DNA from: an uncultured Gemmataceae bacterium
GTDB taxonomy: Bacteria > Planctomycetota > Planctomycetia > Gemmatales > Gemmataceae
Assembly (NCBI GenBank): GCA_963750165.1
Contig: CAVVPN010000011.1
Location: forward strand, 1,184,001-1,248,000
Direction of reading: 5' to 3'
Length of the DNA stretch: 64,000 nt
Every line of letters starts with the position of its first letter. The stretch's first letter is position 1. Below the pieces are notes generated by a model that did no database searches, was not told where the DNA came from, and saw nothing but the letters and a program-made list of their open reading frames with translations. Made by a program: the position numbers and the translations under genes. This document shows positions 1 to 7,460 of this stretch, in pieces.

Positions 1-441
1 GCCCAGGTGACCCTGCGAACGACGCCGGCGAAAACGGTGGCGTTCCTGAAGGCGAAGTTGAAGCCGGTGCCGCCGGTGGACCCGGCCCGGCTGGAGAAGC
101 TGTTGACGGATTTGGACAGCAAGCAATTCGCGGTGCGCCAGCAGGCGACGAAGGAGCTGGAAAAGCTCGGCGACCTGGCGGCGGCGGCGCTCGAGAAGCA
201 GCTGGAGGGGAAGTTGCCGCTGGAAGTGCAGCGGCGTGTCGAGGCGCTGCGCGACAAGTTGCAGGGGCCGCTGGGGCCGGGGCCGGTGCTGCAGGCGCTG
301 CGGGCAGTGGAGGTGCTGGAGCACATCGACACGCCGGAAGCGCGGCAGGTGCTGGCAGCGCTGGCGGCCGGGGCGGCAGGCCATCGGCTGACCGTGGACG
401 CGGCGGCAGCGGTGCGGCGGCTGAAGCAGAAGACGCCGTGA
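1..441 (+). CDS. C-terminal part of a WD40/ECF-fusion-type planctomycete protein (5' end outside window)
   Basis: Tail DLDSKQFAVRQQATKELEKLG...LRAVEVLEHIDTPEARQVLAALAAGA resembles the HEAT-like C-terminus of Gemmataceae WD40 proteins; ORF runs off the window start. Confidence 0.7.
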   Translation, partial: AQVTLRTTPAKTVAFLKAKLKPVPPVDPARLEKLLTDLDSKQFAVRQQATKELEKLGDLAAAALEKQLEGKLPLEVQRRVEALRDKLQGPLGPGPVLQALRAVEVLEHIDTPEARQVLAALAAGAAGHRLTVDAAAAVRRLKQKTP

Positions 442-591
442 GTAGGGCTTTACGCCGAAGGCGTTGCATCCTGTCACCGGGATCGCTCGCGACGAGAATA
501 AATGGAAAGCGGCTCGTGTGTCTCCCAGGCACTGATACTGTTAAAGGTCAGAAAGCGCGTATTGTACAGAAAAACACCGAAATCTGGAACG

Positions 592-638
592 GAAAAGAGG
601 ACGTTCATGATCCCTAAAATCATGAACGTCCTCTTTTC
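592..638. repeat. Perfect 20-bp inverted repeat with 7-nt loop
   Basis: GAAAAGAGGACGTTCATGAT-ccctaaa-ATCATGAACGTCCTCTTTTC read directly. Confidence 0.85.
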
Positions 639-742
639 TGTTGTCTGCGTGGTGGTGGGGGCCACCGCCCTGAATAAGCTCCCCGAGGCGGTCGCAACTC
701 GATTCATGCTTCGTTGAACGCGGAACCTTACTACTAAAAAGG

Positions 743-898
743 TTACATCGAGCAGCCGTCATCTATCAGGCTCTTCTCGACGGCGGCAAATTCGAGAACC
801 GCGCCGCCCTCGCCCGTCACCTCGGCGTCAGTCGAGCTCGGGTCACACAGGTTCTGAATCGAATCAAGACTGCTCCAGCCGCTGACACCTTTGGGTAG
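743..898 (+). pseudogene. Startless HTH fragment resembling small proteins found beside serine recombinases of integrative elements
   Basis: Manual translation LHRAAVIYQALLDGGKFENRAALARHLGVSRARVTQVLNRIK...stop at 896-898; no ATG after the in-frame TGA at 671; absent from ORF track. Confidence 0.55.
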
Positions 899-1001
899 CC
901 GAGATTGTCAATTCGGAGACTCGCTACCAATGCATATCACGCGGAAAAAACCGCCTCTCAAGTAAACTGGACATAGCGATGATGTGTTCCGCTGGACCAA
1001 A

Positions 1002-1100
1002 GGAGGCGCCGAACAACAACTTCGTAGGACGGCTCTCCAGAGCCGTCGGGACGGCTCTGGAGAGCCGTCCTACTCTTGGAAGTTGTTGTTCGGCGCCTCC
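1002..1100. repeat. Nested palindrome: GTAG-type REP doublet inside a 22-bp perfect inverted repeat
   Basis: Outer GGAGGCGCCGAACAACAACTTC (1002-1023) / GAAGTTGTTGTTCGGCGCCTCC (1079-1100); inner GTAGGACGGCTCTCCAGAGCCGTC (1024-1047) / GACGGCTCTGGAGAGCCGTCCTAC (1050-1073). Confidence 0.85.
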
Positions 1101-1127
1101 AAAGGGAATGAAATGGAGGTAACGCCA

Positions 1128-1985
1128 GTGCAGCCGATTAGCTCAGGTCTGAACCCATTTCTTGTCACAACCGGATTTGGCCAGCCCATCTGCCGCCTTG
1201 GCCTCGCGTCCTATGGCCGAACCGCGATCACTGCCGATGACGTGCTCTCGGCGGTCGATCGGGGGGTCAACTTCCTCAACTGGCAGGGGCTACCCGATGG
1301 AGCGACCGACGGCGATGCTTTTCCAGCCGCTGTTTCCTCCCTCGGCATCAACCGCCGGTCAGTCATCGTCTGCGCCCAGTTCGGTGCGAGGAACCAAACC
1401 GATGCCGCGACGGAACTGCGGTCGGCACTCGCGGCTCTTGGGACCGACTACATCGACGTGCTCACCCTCTACTACATTGAACGGGCTGACGAGTGGGCGG
1501 AAATCACCGCGCCCGGCGGTGCGCTCCGCTATCTTCAAGACGCAAAACGGGACGGGATCGTTCGCCGGATCGGGATCACGAGCCACCAGCGCACACTCGC
1601 GGCGGAGATAGCCAAGAGCGGGCTCATTGACGCCGTCATGATCCGCTACAACGCGGCCCACCGCGGGGCCGAGCGGGAGGTGTTCCCGGTCGCACAACCT
1701 CTCGGGCTACCGGTCATCGCCTACACCGCCCTCCGGTGGGGAGCGCTTCTGCGCCCGACGCCCGACGATCCGCCCGGGTTTTCGTTTCCCCGACCTCCCG
1801 CCTGGTACCGTTTTGTCCTCCAGCATCCGGCGGTTACCGTGGCACTGTCTGCGCCGCAAACGCGGGCCGAACTCGACGAAGACCTGAACGTCCTCAAGGC
1901 AGCGGGGCCGCTCGGGAGCGAGGAATACGCCGCCCTCGCCAAACATGGTGAGAGGGTGCGGCGGCACGCTGGGGGCTTCCACTGA
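1128..1985 (+). CDS. Aldo/keto reductase family protein
   Basis: LGTDYIDVLTLY, GIVRRIGITSH, MIRYNAAHRGAEREVFP motifs; GTG at 1128 follows a GGAGGT RBS, while the ORF-track start at 984 runs through the palindrome. Confidence 0.85.
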   Translation: MQPISSGLNPFLVTTGFGQPICRLGLASYGRTAITADDVLSAVDRGVNFLNWQGLPDGATDGDAFPAAVSSLGINRRSVIVCAQFGARNQTDAATELRSALAALGTDYIDVLTLYYIERADEWAEITAPGGALRYLQDAKRDGIVRRIGITSHQRTLAAEIAKSGLIDAVMIRYNAAHRGAEREVFPVAQPLGLPVIAYTALRWGALLRPTPDDPPGFSFPRPPAWYRFVLQHPAVTVALSAPQTRAELDEDLNVLKAAGPLGSEEYAALAKHGERVRRHAGGFH

Positions 1986-2018
1986 ACAGTGGAGCGAGCG
2001 AGAAATGTACAATGCCAC

Positions 2019-2064
2019 TTGACGGTAGCCAAGCCGAATGCTTATGATTGAGTAGGCACTCAAT
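2019..2064 (+). promoter_or_regulatory. sigma70-like promoter with overlapping palindromic operator
   Basis: TTGACG (2019-2024), 18-nt spacer, TATGAT (2043-2048); palindrome ATTGAGT-aggc-ACTCAAT (2047-2064) just before the tetR RBS. Confidence 0.65.
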
Positions 2065-2076
2065 TACGGAGGTGGC

Positions 2077-2646
2077 ATGGCCCGTCCTCTCAGCGACGAC
2101 AAGCGGACAGCAATCCTGGAAGCGGCAGCGGAAGTCGTCGCCATGCTCGGGGTCGCCGCGCCGACGGCCAAGATCGCCAAGGATGCCGGGGTTGCTGAGG
2201 GCACCCTGTTCACCTACTTCGCCACCAAGGATGTCCTGTTGAACCAGTTGTACCTTTGGATCAAGGCAGGCCTGCGGGACGCCATGATGACCGACTACCC
2301 AGCCGACAAGAGCGTTCCGCTCCGCTGCCGCCACGTTTGGGAACGCTACGTCGGTTGGGGCTCGGCGCACCCGCTCGAACGCAAGGCGGCCCGCCAACTG
2401 GCGGTGTCTGACCGCATTACCGAAGAGAGCCGGAAGGTCGTCGGGGACCTGTTCGGCGCGTTCAACTCCCTGATGCGCGAGTGTGCGGCGGGCGGCTCGT
2501 TGAAAGAGCAGCCGACGGCGTTTGTGTCGTCGATCCTGAGTGCGATCGCTGAGACGACGATGGAGTTCATTGCCCGCGAGCCCAAGCGGGCCAAGCAATA
2601 CACGGCGGCAGGCTTCGAGGCTTTCTGGCACGCCGTTGCCGGCTGA
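2077..2646 (+). CDS. TetR/AcrR family transcriptional regulator
   Basis: N-terminal HTH ILEAAAEV...TAKIAKDAGVAEGTLFTYFATKDVL. Confidence 0.93.
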   Translation: MARPLSDDKRTAILEAAAEVVAMLGVAAPTAKIAKDAGVAEGTLFTYFATKDVLLNQLYLWIKAGLRDAMMTDYPADKSVPLRCRHVWERYVGWGSAHPLERKAARQLAVSDRITEESRKVVGDLFGAFNSLMRECAAGGSLKEQPTAFVSSILSAIAETTMEFIAREPKRAKQYTAAGFEAFWHAVAG

Positions 2647-2665
2647 TTTGTCTTTTTCCACCACG

Positions 2666-2685
2666 ATGAGCGAGTACTCGCTCAT
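2666..2685. promoter_or_regulatory. Perfect 20-bp palindrome, likely second TetR operator
   Basis: ATGAGCGAGTACTCGCTCAT between tetR and the SDR gene; shares TGAG...CTCA arms with the upstream palindrome. Confidence 0.6.
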
Positions 2686-2708
2686 TTCTACCAAGGGAGT
2701 AATACGCT

Positions 2709-3692
2709 ATGCAAGAGATCCAAGACACCGAACAGAAGCCTCTGAACACGGGGTTCGGGCCGACAACCACTGCCGCCGAGGTCGCCGCAGGAAGCAACCT
2801 CCAGGGCAAGATCGCCGTCGTCACGGGCGGCTCTTCGGGAATCGGGCCTGAGACCGCGAGGGTTCTGGCAGTGGCAGGCGCACGGGTAATCGTCGGAGCC
2901 CGCGACACCGAGAAGGCCCGGCGTGCCCTCGCCAGCGTGAAGAATGTTGAAGTGTGGCCGCTGGATCTCGCCGACCCCGATTCCATTGATCGGTTCGCCG
3001 GGCGGTTCGCGGAATTGGGCGGTGCGCTGGACATTCTCATCAACAACGCCGGTGTCATGGCCACGCCGCTGACACGAGACAGTCGCGGCTACGAGATCCA
3101 GTTCGCGACGAACCACCTTGGGCACTTCCAGCTCACGGCAGGTTTATGGGAGTTCCTTGGTCGGGCCGGGGCCGCGCGAGTCGTTTCCCTATCGTCTGTC
3201 GGACATCGCCGCGCCCCGGTTGATCTGGTCGATCCGAACTTCGACAAACGGACCTACGACAAGTGGGCGGCCTACGGGCAATCGAAGTCCGCGAATTCGC
3301 TCTTTGCGGTCGAACTCGACCGAAGGGGCCGTGAACATGGAGTCCGCGCCTTCGCGGTTCACCCCGGCGGGATACTTACACACCTTGTTCGCCACATGAC
3401 CGACGATGAGTTAGCTGCCTACGGAATCGTTCGAGCCGGTGGCGCGCTTCAAACACCCGCGACGGGTTACAAGACCGTCGCGCAAGGCGCGGCGACTTCG
3501 GTGTGGTGCGCAGTCAGTCCGACCTTGAACGGTCGAGGCGGCGTTTACTGCGAAGACTGCGACATCGCAGCGGCCGTAGCTGCGGACAGCAAGGAACTTA
3601 ATGGTGTCCGACCCTGGGCGATCGATAAGAACTTCGCGCAAGCACTTTGGGACCTGAGCGAACGACTGACCGGATTACAGTGGCCAAAATGA
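2709..3692 (+). CDS. Short-chain dehydrogenase/reductase (retinol-DH-like)
   Basis: TGGSSGIG, NNAG, TNHLGHF, YGQSK (YxxxK), HPGGI motifs. Confidence 0.93.
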   Translation: MQEIQDTEQKPLNTGFGPTTTAAEVAAGSNLQGKIAVVTGGSSGIGPETARVLAVAGARVIVGARDTEKARRALASVKNVEVWPLDLADPDSIDRFAGRFAELGGALDILINNAGVMATPLTRDSRGYEIQFATNHLGHFQLTAGLWEFLGRAGAARVVSLSSVGHRRAPVDLVDPNFDKRTYDKWAAYGQSKSANSLFAVELDRRGREHGVRAFAVHPGGILTHLVRHMTDDELAAYGIVRAGGALQTPATGYKTVAQGAATSVWCAVSPTLNGRGGVYCEDCDIAAAVAADSKELNGVRPWAIDKNFAQALWDLSERLTGLQWPK

Positions 3693-3711
3693 ATCGAGTT
3701 GAGACCAGAAA

Positions 3712-3783
3712 CTCCCCGACCAGGACTCGAACCTGGAACAAACCGGTTAACAGCCGGTTGCTCTACCATTGAGCTATCGGGGA
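3712..3783 (-). tRNA. trnN: tRNA-Asn (GTT), CCA not encoded
   Basis: Reverse complement TCCCCGATAGCTCAATGGTAGAGCAACCGGCTGTTAACCGGTTTGTTCCAGGTTCGAGTCCTGGTCGGGGAG folds as a cloverleaf with GTT anticodon and a TTCGA T-loop. Confidence 0.95.
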
Positions 3784-3857
3784 TCGACTGCCCTGGTCTA
3801 CCTTCCTAGAATACCGGTCAGCCGCACCCCTGGCAACACCGCTTCCGGAGAATTTCC

Positions 3858-4706
3858 ATGCGCCTGGCCACCGTTTTCACCCCGCACGGACCCGCGCAGC
3901 CGCCTTCATCAAGAACACTTACGTCGATCTGCACGCCACCGACCCCGATCTGCCGCCAACCGTCCGCCTCCTCCTCGAAGGCAACCTCCTCGGCCGCGCC
4001 CGGCAGGCCGCCGAGTCGCCGCAGGCCGTCAAGTGCGCTGACGCCACGCTGCTGCCGCCCATCCCCGATCCGCCGAAAATCGTCTGCCTCGGCCTCAACT
4101 ACCGCGACCACGCCGCCGAGAGCGGCGCTCCCATCCCGCGATCCCGTTCTGTTCAGCAAGTACGCCACCAGTCTCATCGGCCCCGGCGCCAGCATCCGCT
4201 TGCCGCGCGTCAGCAACGAGGTCGATTACGAGGCCGAACTCGTCATCGTCGTCGGCAAGCGCGGCCGCCATGTCCGCGCGGCCGACGCCGGCCAGTACGT
4301 CGCCGGCTACACCGTCGGCCATGATGTCTCCGCCCGCGACTGGCAGCTCAAGAAGGATGGCAAGCAGTGGATGGTCGGCAAAACCTTCGACACCTTCGCC
4401 CCCACCGGCCCGCACCTCGTCACCGCCGACGAGGTGCCCGACCCGCACGCGCTGCCCGTCCGCCTCCGCCTCAACGGCCAGACCATGCAGGACAGCAACA
4501 CCAGCCAGATGATTTTTGCCGTCCCCTTCGTCATCGCTTACCTTTCGCAGGTCTTCACCCTGGAGCCCGGCGACCTGATCTTCACCGGCACGCCGCCCGG
4601 CGTCGGCATGGCCCGCAAACCGCCCGTCTTCCTCAAGGGCGGCGATGTGGTCGAGATCGAAATCGGCGACCTCGGCGTGCTCCGCAACCCCGTCGTCCAG
4701 GAGTGA
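3858..4706 (+). CDS. Fumarylacetoacetate hydrolase family protein (two compensating frameshifts near 3890 and 4138)
   Basis: C-terminal [33 protein letters not shown]; alternate frame 3890-4138 gives YVDLHATD...[23 protein letters not shown]. Confidence 0.9.
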   Translation: MRLATVFTPHGPAQPPSSRTLTSICTPPTPICRQPSASSSKATSSAAPGRPPSRRRPSSALTPRCCRPSPIRRKSSASASTTATTPPRAALPSRDPVLFSKYATSLIGPGASIRLPRVSNEVDYEAELVIVVGKRGRHVRAADAGQYVAGYTVGHDVSARDWQLKKDGKQWMVGKTFDTFAPTGPHLVTADEVPDPHALPVRLRLNGQTMQDSNTSQMIFAVPFVIAYLSQVFTLEPGDLIFTGTPPGVGMARKPPVFLKGGDVVEIEIGDLGVLRNPVVQE

Positions 4707-4720
4707 GGTACTTTCCCGGG

Positions 4721-4783
4721 CGAGCGGCGCGGCGTTAGCCCGCCGGTGCGGGCTCTACCGGCGGCCTGACGCCGCGCCGCTCG
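4721..4783. repeat. REP-like imperfect inverted repeat
   Basis: CGAGCGGCGCGGCGTTAGCCCGCCGGT ... ACCGGCGGCCTGACGCCGCGCCGCTCG in the intergenic gap. Confidence 0.7.
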
Positions 4784-4803
4784 TCAAATAAGGAGTAACT
4801 GCG

Positions 4804-5589
4804 TTGAATGCCGACTGGCGCAACCGCTACGATGCGATGGTCCCCGCTGCCGAACAGGCCGGCGCCCACGCCCTCCGTTACTTCGACACCAACCTGCCCG
4901 TCGAATGGAAGCACGACCACAGCCCCGTCACCGTCGCCGACCGCGAGGCCGAGGCGCTGCTGCGCAAGACCCTGCTGGAAAAATTCCCGCACGACGGCTT
5001 CCTCGGCGAGGAGTTCGGCGACAGCCCCGGCACCTCCAGCTTTCGCTGGATCGTGGACCCCGTGGACGGCACGCGCAACTTCGTCCGCAACATCCCGCTG
5101 TGGGGCACCCTCGTTGGCCTGGAGCACCGCGGCGAGGCGGTCGCCGGCGTCGTCGTCATCCCGCCGCTGCACCTGACCTACCGCGGCCTGCGCGGCGACG
5201 GCGCCTACCGCGGCGACCGACGCCTGCGCGTCTCCGAGGTCAGCGAACTGAGCCAGGCCACGCTCTTCTACACGAGCCTGCGTTTCTACGAGCGCGTCGG
5301 CAAACTGGACGTGTTCCTGAATCTGAGCCGCTGCTGCCAGAACCAGCGCGGCTACGGCGACTTTTACGGCCATGTCCTGCTGGCGCAGGGCTCCGGCGAT
5401 TTGATGGTCGAGGCGGGCGTCCACCACTGGGACGTGGCGGCACTGCAGCCGATCGTCGAGGAGGCGGGCGGCCGCTTCACCACCTGGGACGGCACCATTG
5501 ACCTGACCCGGCCGGACGTGCTGGTCAGCAACGGCCGGCTGCACGCCGCGGCGCAGCGGATTCTGCTCGGGACGGAGGCCACGCCATGA
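4804..5589 (+). CDS. hisN: Histidinol-phosphate phosphatase (inositol monophosphatase family)
   Basis: SPVTVADREAE, GEE, WIVDPVDGTRNF, RGYGDFYG, WDVAA motifs. Confidence 0.8.
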   Translation: MNADWRNRYDAMVPAAEQAGAHALRYFDTNLPVEWKHDHSPVTVADREAEALLRKTLLEKFPHDGFLGEEFGDSPGTSSFRWIVDPVDGTRNFVRNIPLWGTLVGLEHRGEAVAGVVVIPPLHLTYRGLRGDGAYRGDRRLRVSEVSELSQATLFYTSLRFYERVGKLDVFLNLSRCCQNQRGYGDFYGHVLLAQGSGDLMVEAGVHHWDVAALQPIVEEAGGRFTTWDGTIDLTRPDVLVSNGRLHAAAQRILLGTEATP

Positions 5590-6643
5590 CTTCGCCACGC
5601 ACCATTGCCTGGGTCGGCGCCGTGAACGGCCACGTCCGGCTGATCGACCAGACACTGCTGCCGACACGGTTGGAGTACCGCGACTGCCACACCGTCGAGG
5701 ACGTGTGGGAGGCGATCAAGGTGCTGCGCATGCGCGGGCGCCGGCCATTGGCATCGCCGCGGCCTATGGCGTCGTCCTGGGCCTGCACCCGGGGCTGCAA
5801 GAGCGCTGGCACGACGACCCCTTCCCGCGTTTGCGCGAGGTGTCGGACTACCTGCGCCGCAGCCGGCCCACGGCGGTCAATCTGTTCTGGGCACTGGATC
5901 GGATGGAACGCCGCGCGAAAGATCTGTGGCCGCTGGTCTGCCCTACCGAATGGTTGCAGGGCCTGCTCCGGGAAGCGCAGGCCATTCACGACGAGGACGC
6001 GGCCATGTGCCGGGCCATCGGCCGGGCGGGGGCGGAGCTGGTGCGTGACGGTAGCGGTGTGTTGACGCACTGCAACGCGGGCGGCCTGGCGACGGCGGAC
6101 TACGGCACGGCGCTGGCGGTGCTGTACTGTGCCGCGGAGCAGGGCAAGCAGTTTCGCGTGTTCGCCGACGAGACGCGGCCGCTGCTGCAAGGGGCCCGGC
6201 TGACAGCGTGGGAGCTGCAGCAGCGCGGCCTGGACGTGACGTTGATCTGCGACAACATGGCGGCGCAGGTGATGAAGGAGGGCCGCGTGCAGCTGGTCGT
6301 GACGGGGGCGGATCGCATCGCCGCCAACGGCGACACCGCGAACAAGATCGGCACCTACGGCGTCGCCCTGCTGGCGCGGGCCCATGAGATTCCGTTCTAC
6401 ATCGCGGCGCCGTCCAGCACCTTCGACCTGAGCCTGGCCAGCGGCGACACCATCCCCATCGAGCAGCGCGACCCGCAGGAGGTGACGCACGGCCTCGGCC
6501 GGCAGACCGCCCCGGACGGCGTGAAGGTCTACAACCCGGCGTTCGACGTGACGCCGGCCGAGCTGATCGCGGGCATCATCACCGAGAAGGGCGTGATCGC
6601 GCCCGTGACGGCGGCGAACATCCGGGCGGCGCCGGGCGCCTGA
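5586..6643 (+). CDS. mtnA: S-methyl-5-thioribose-1-phosphate isomerase (one frameshift near 5737)
   Basis: LIDQTLLP...R-G/APAIGIAAAYG, SRPTAVNL, LTHCNAGGLAT, DETRPLLQGARLTAWEL, GADRIAANGDTANKIGT, NPAFDVTP; ATGA overlap with hisN. Confidence 0.93.
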
Positions 6644-6692
6644 CGCGCCGGGTGGAGGAAAACGGGACGTGCCCGTCCTTCAAGAAAAACCG

Positions 6693-7460
6693 CTACCGTG
6701 CTTGCGTCCGGGCATGCTTTTCCAGCGCCGCCTTGCAGTACGAGAACAGCAGCCCCAGATCAATCAACTCCTGCTCCAACCGCTCCGGCTCCGGCGCGCC
6801 GTGCAGCGACCGGGCCACCTCCTGCACCAGCAAATCGCCGAACAGCTCGCGGCCGCGGTGCAGCAGCTGGCGGACGCCCGCGGCGCTGACCGGCCGGCCC
6901 AGGCGAGCGCTGAGCTGCTCCGCGAGCTGCGGCGAACGCAGGTCGGGCTGCTCCTCCTTCAAGCGCAGGGCGCTGCTATACGGCTGGCCGGTCTGCCGCT
7001 CCGTCTGCTCCAGCGCCTTCCACGCCTGGTTGATTAGCTCCTGGCGCCAGCACTCGGTGAAGCGCGCGTCCTCCTCCGGGGTGGCGTCCGGTTCCGCTGC
7101 CGGCTCGTGGCTGCCTTCGGGGGCGAGCGGAGCGTGCCGCTTCTGGTCGCGGCCGCGGGCGCGGTAGTGGTCGATGACCATGCGACGCAGGACGGCCTTG
7201 AGGTAGTCGCGGAAGCGGCCGCGGTCGGGGTCGGCTCGCTTCAGGAAGTTGTCCGTCTCCAGAACGCGGACGGCGAAGTCGCTGAAGAGTTGTCCGGCGG
7301 CGTGCTCGTCGCGCAGCTCGGCACGCAGGTAGCGCAGCACCGCCTCGTGGTAGCGCACCAGCAGGTCGTTGCGGGCGGCGTCGCCGCGCGTCTCCTGGGC
7401 CTGGAAGATGTGCGACCAGTGGGTGGGCATGTCGGCGAGATTGGCAACGGCGTCGCTCAT
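6693..7460 (-). CDS. ECF sigma factor, planctomycete kinase-associated type
   Basis: THWS N-terminus, RADPDRGRFRDYLKAVLRRMVIDHYR region 2, region-4 HTH VRQLLHRGRELF; 4-nt overlap with the upstream kinase gene. Confidence 0.85.
   Translation of the reverse strand: MSDAVANLADMPTHWSHIFQAQETRGDAARNDLLVRYHEAVLRYLRAELRDEHAAGQLFSDFAVRVLETDNFLKRADPDRGRFRDYLKAVLRRMVIDHYRARGRDQKRHAPLAPEGSHEPAAEPDATPEEDARFTECWRQELINQAWKALEQTERQTGQPYSSALRLKEEQPDLRSPQLAEQLSARLGRPVSAAGVRQLLHRGRELFGDLLVQEVARSLHGAPEPERLEQELIDLGLLFSYCKAALEKHARTQAR

Noticed and set aside
984..1127. N-terminal extension of the aldo/keto reductase in the ORF track
   Set aside because: It translates the nested palindrome; a good RBS and start lie at 1113-1128
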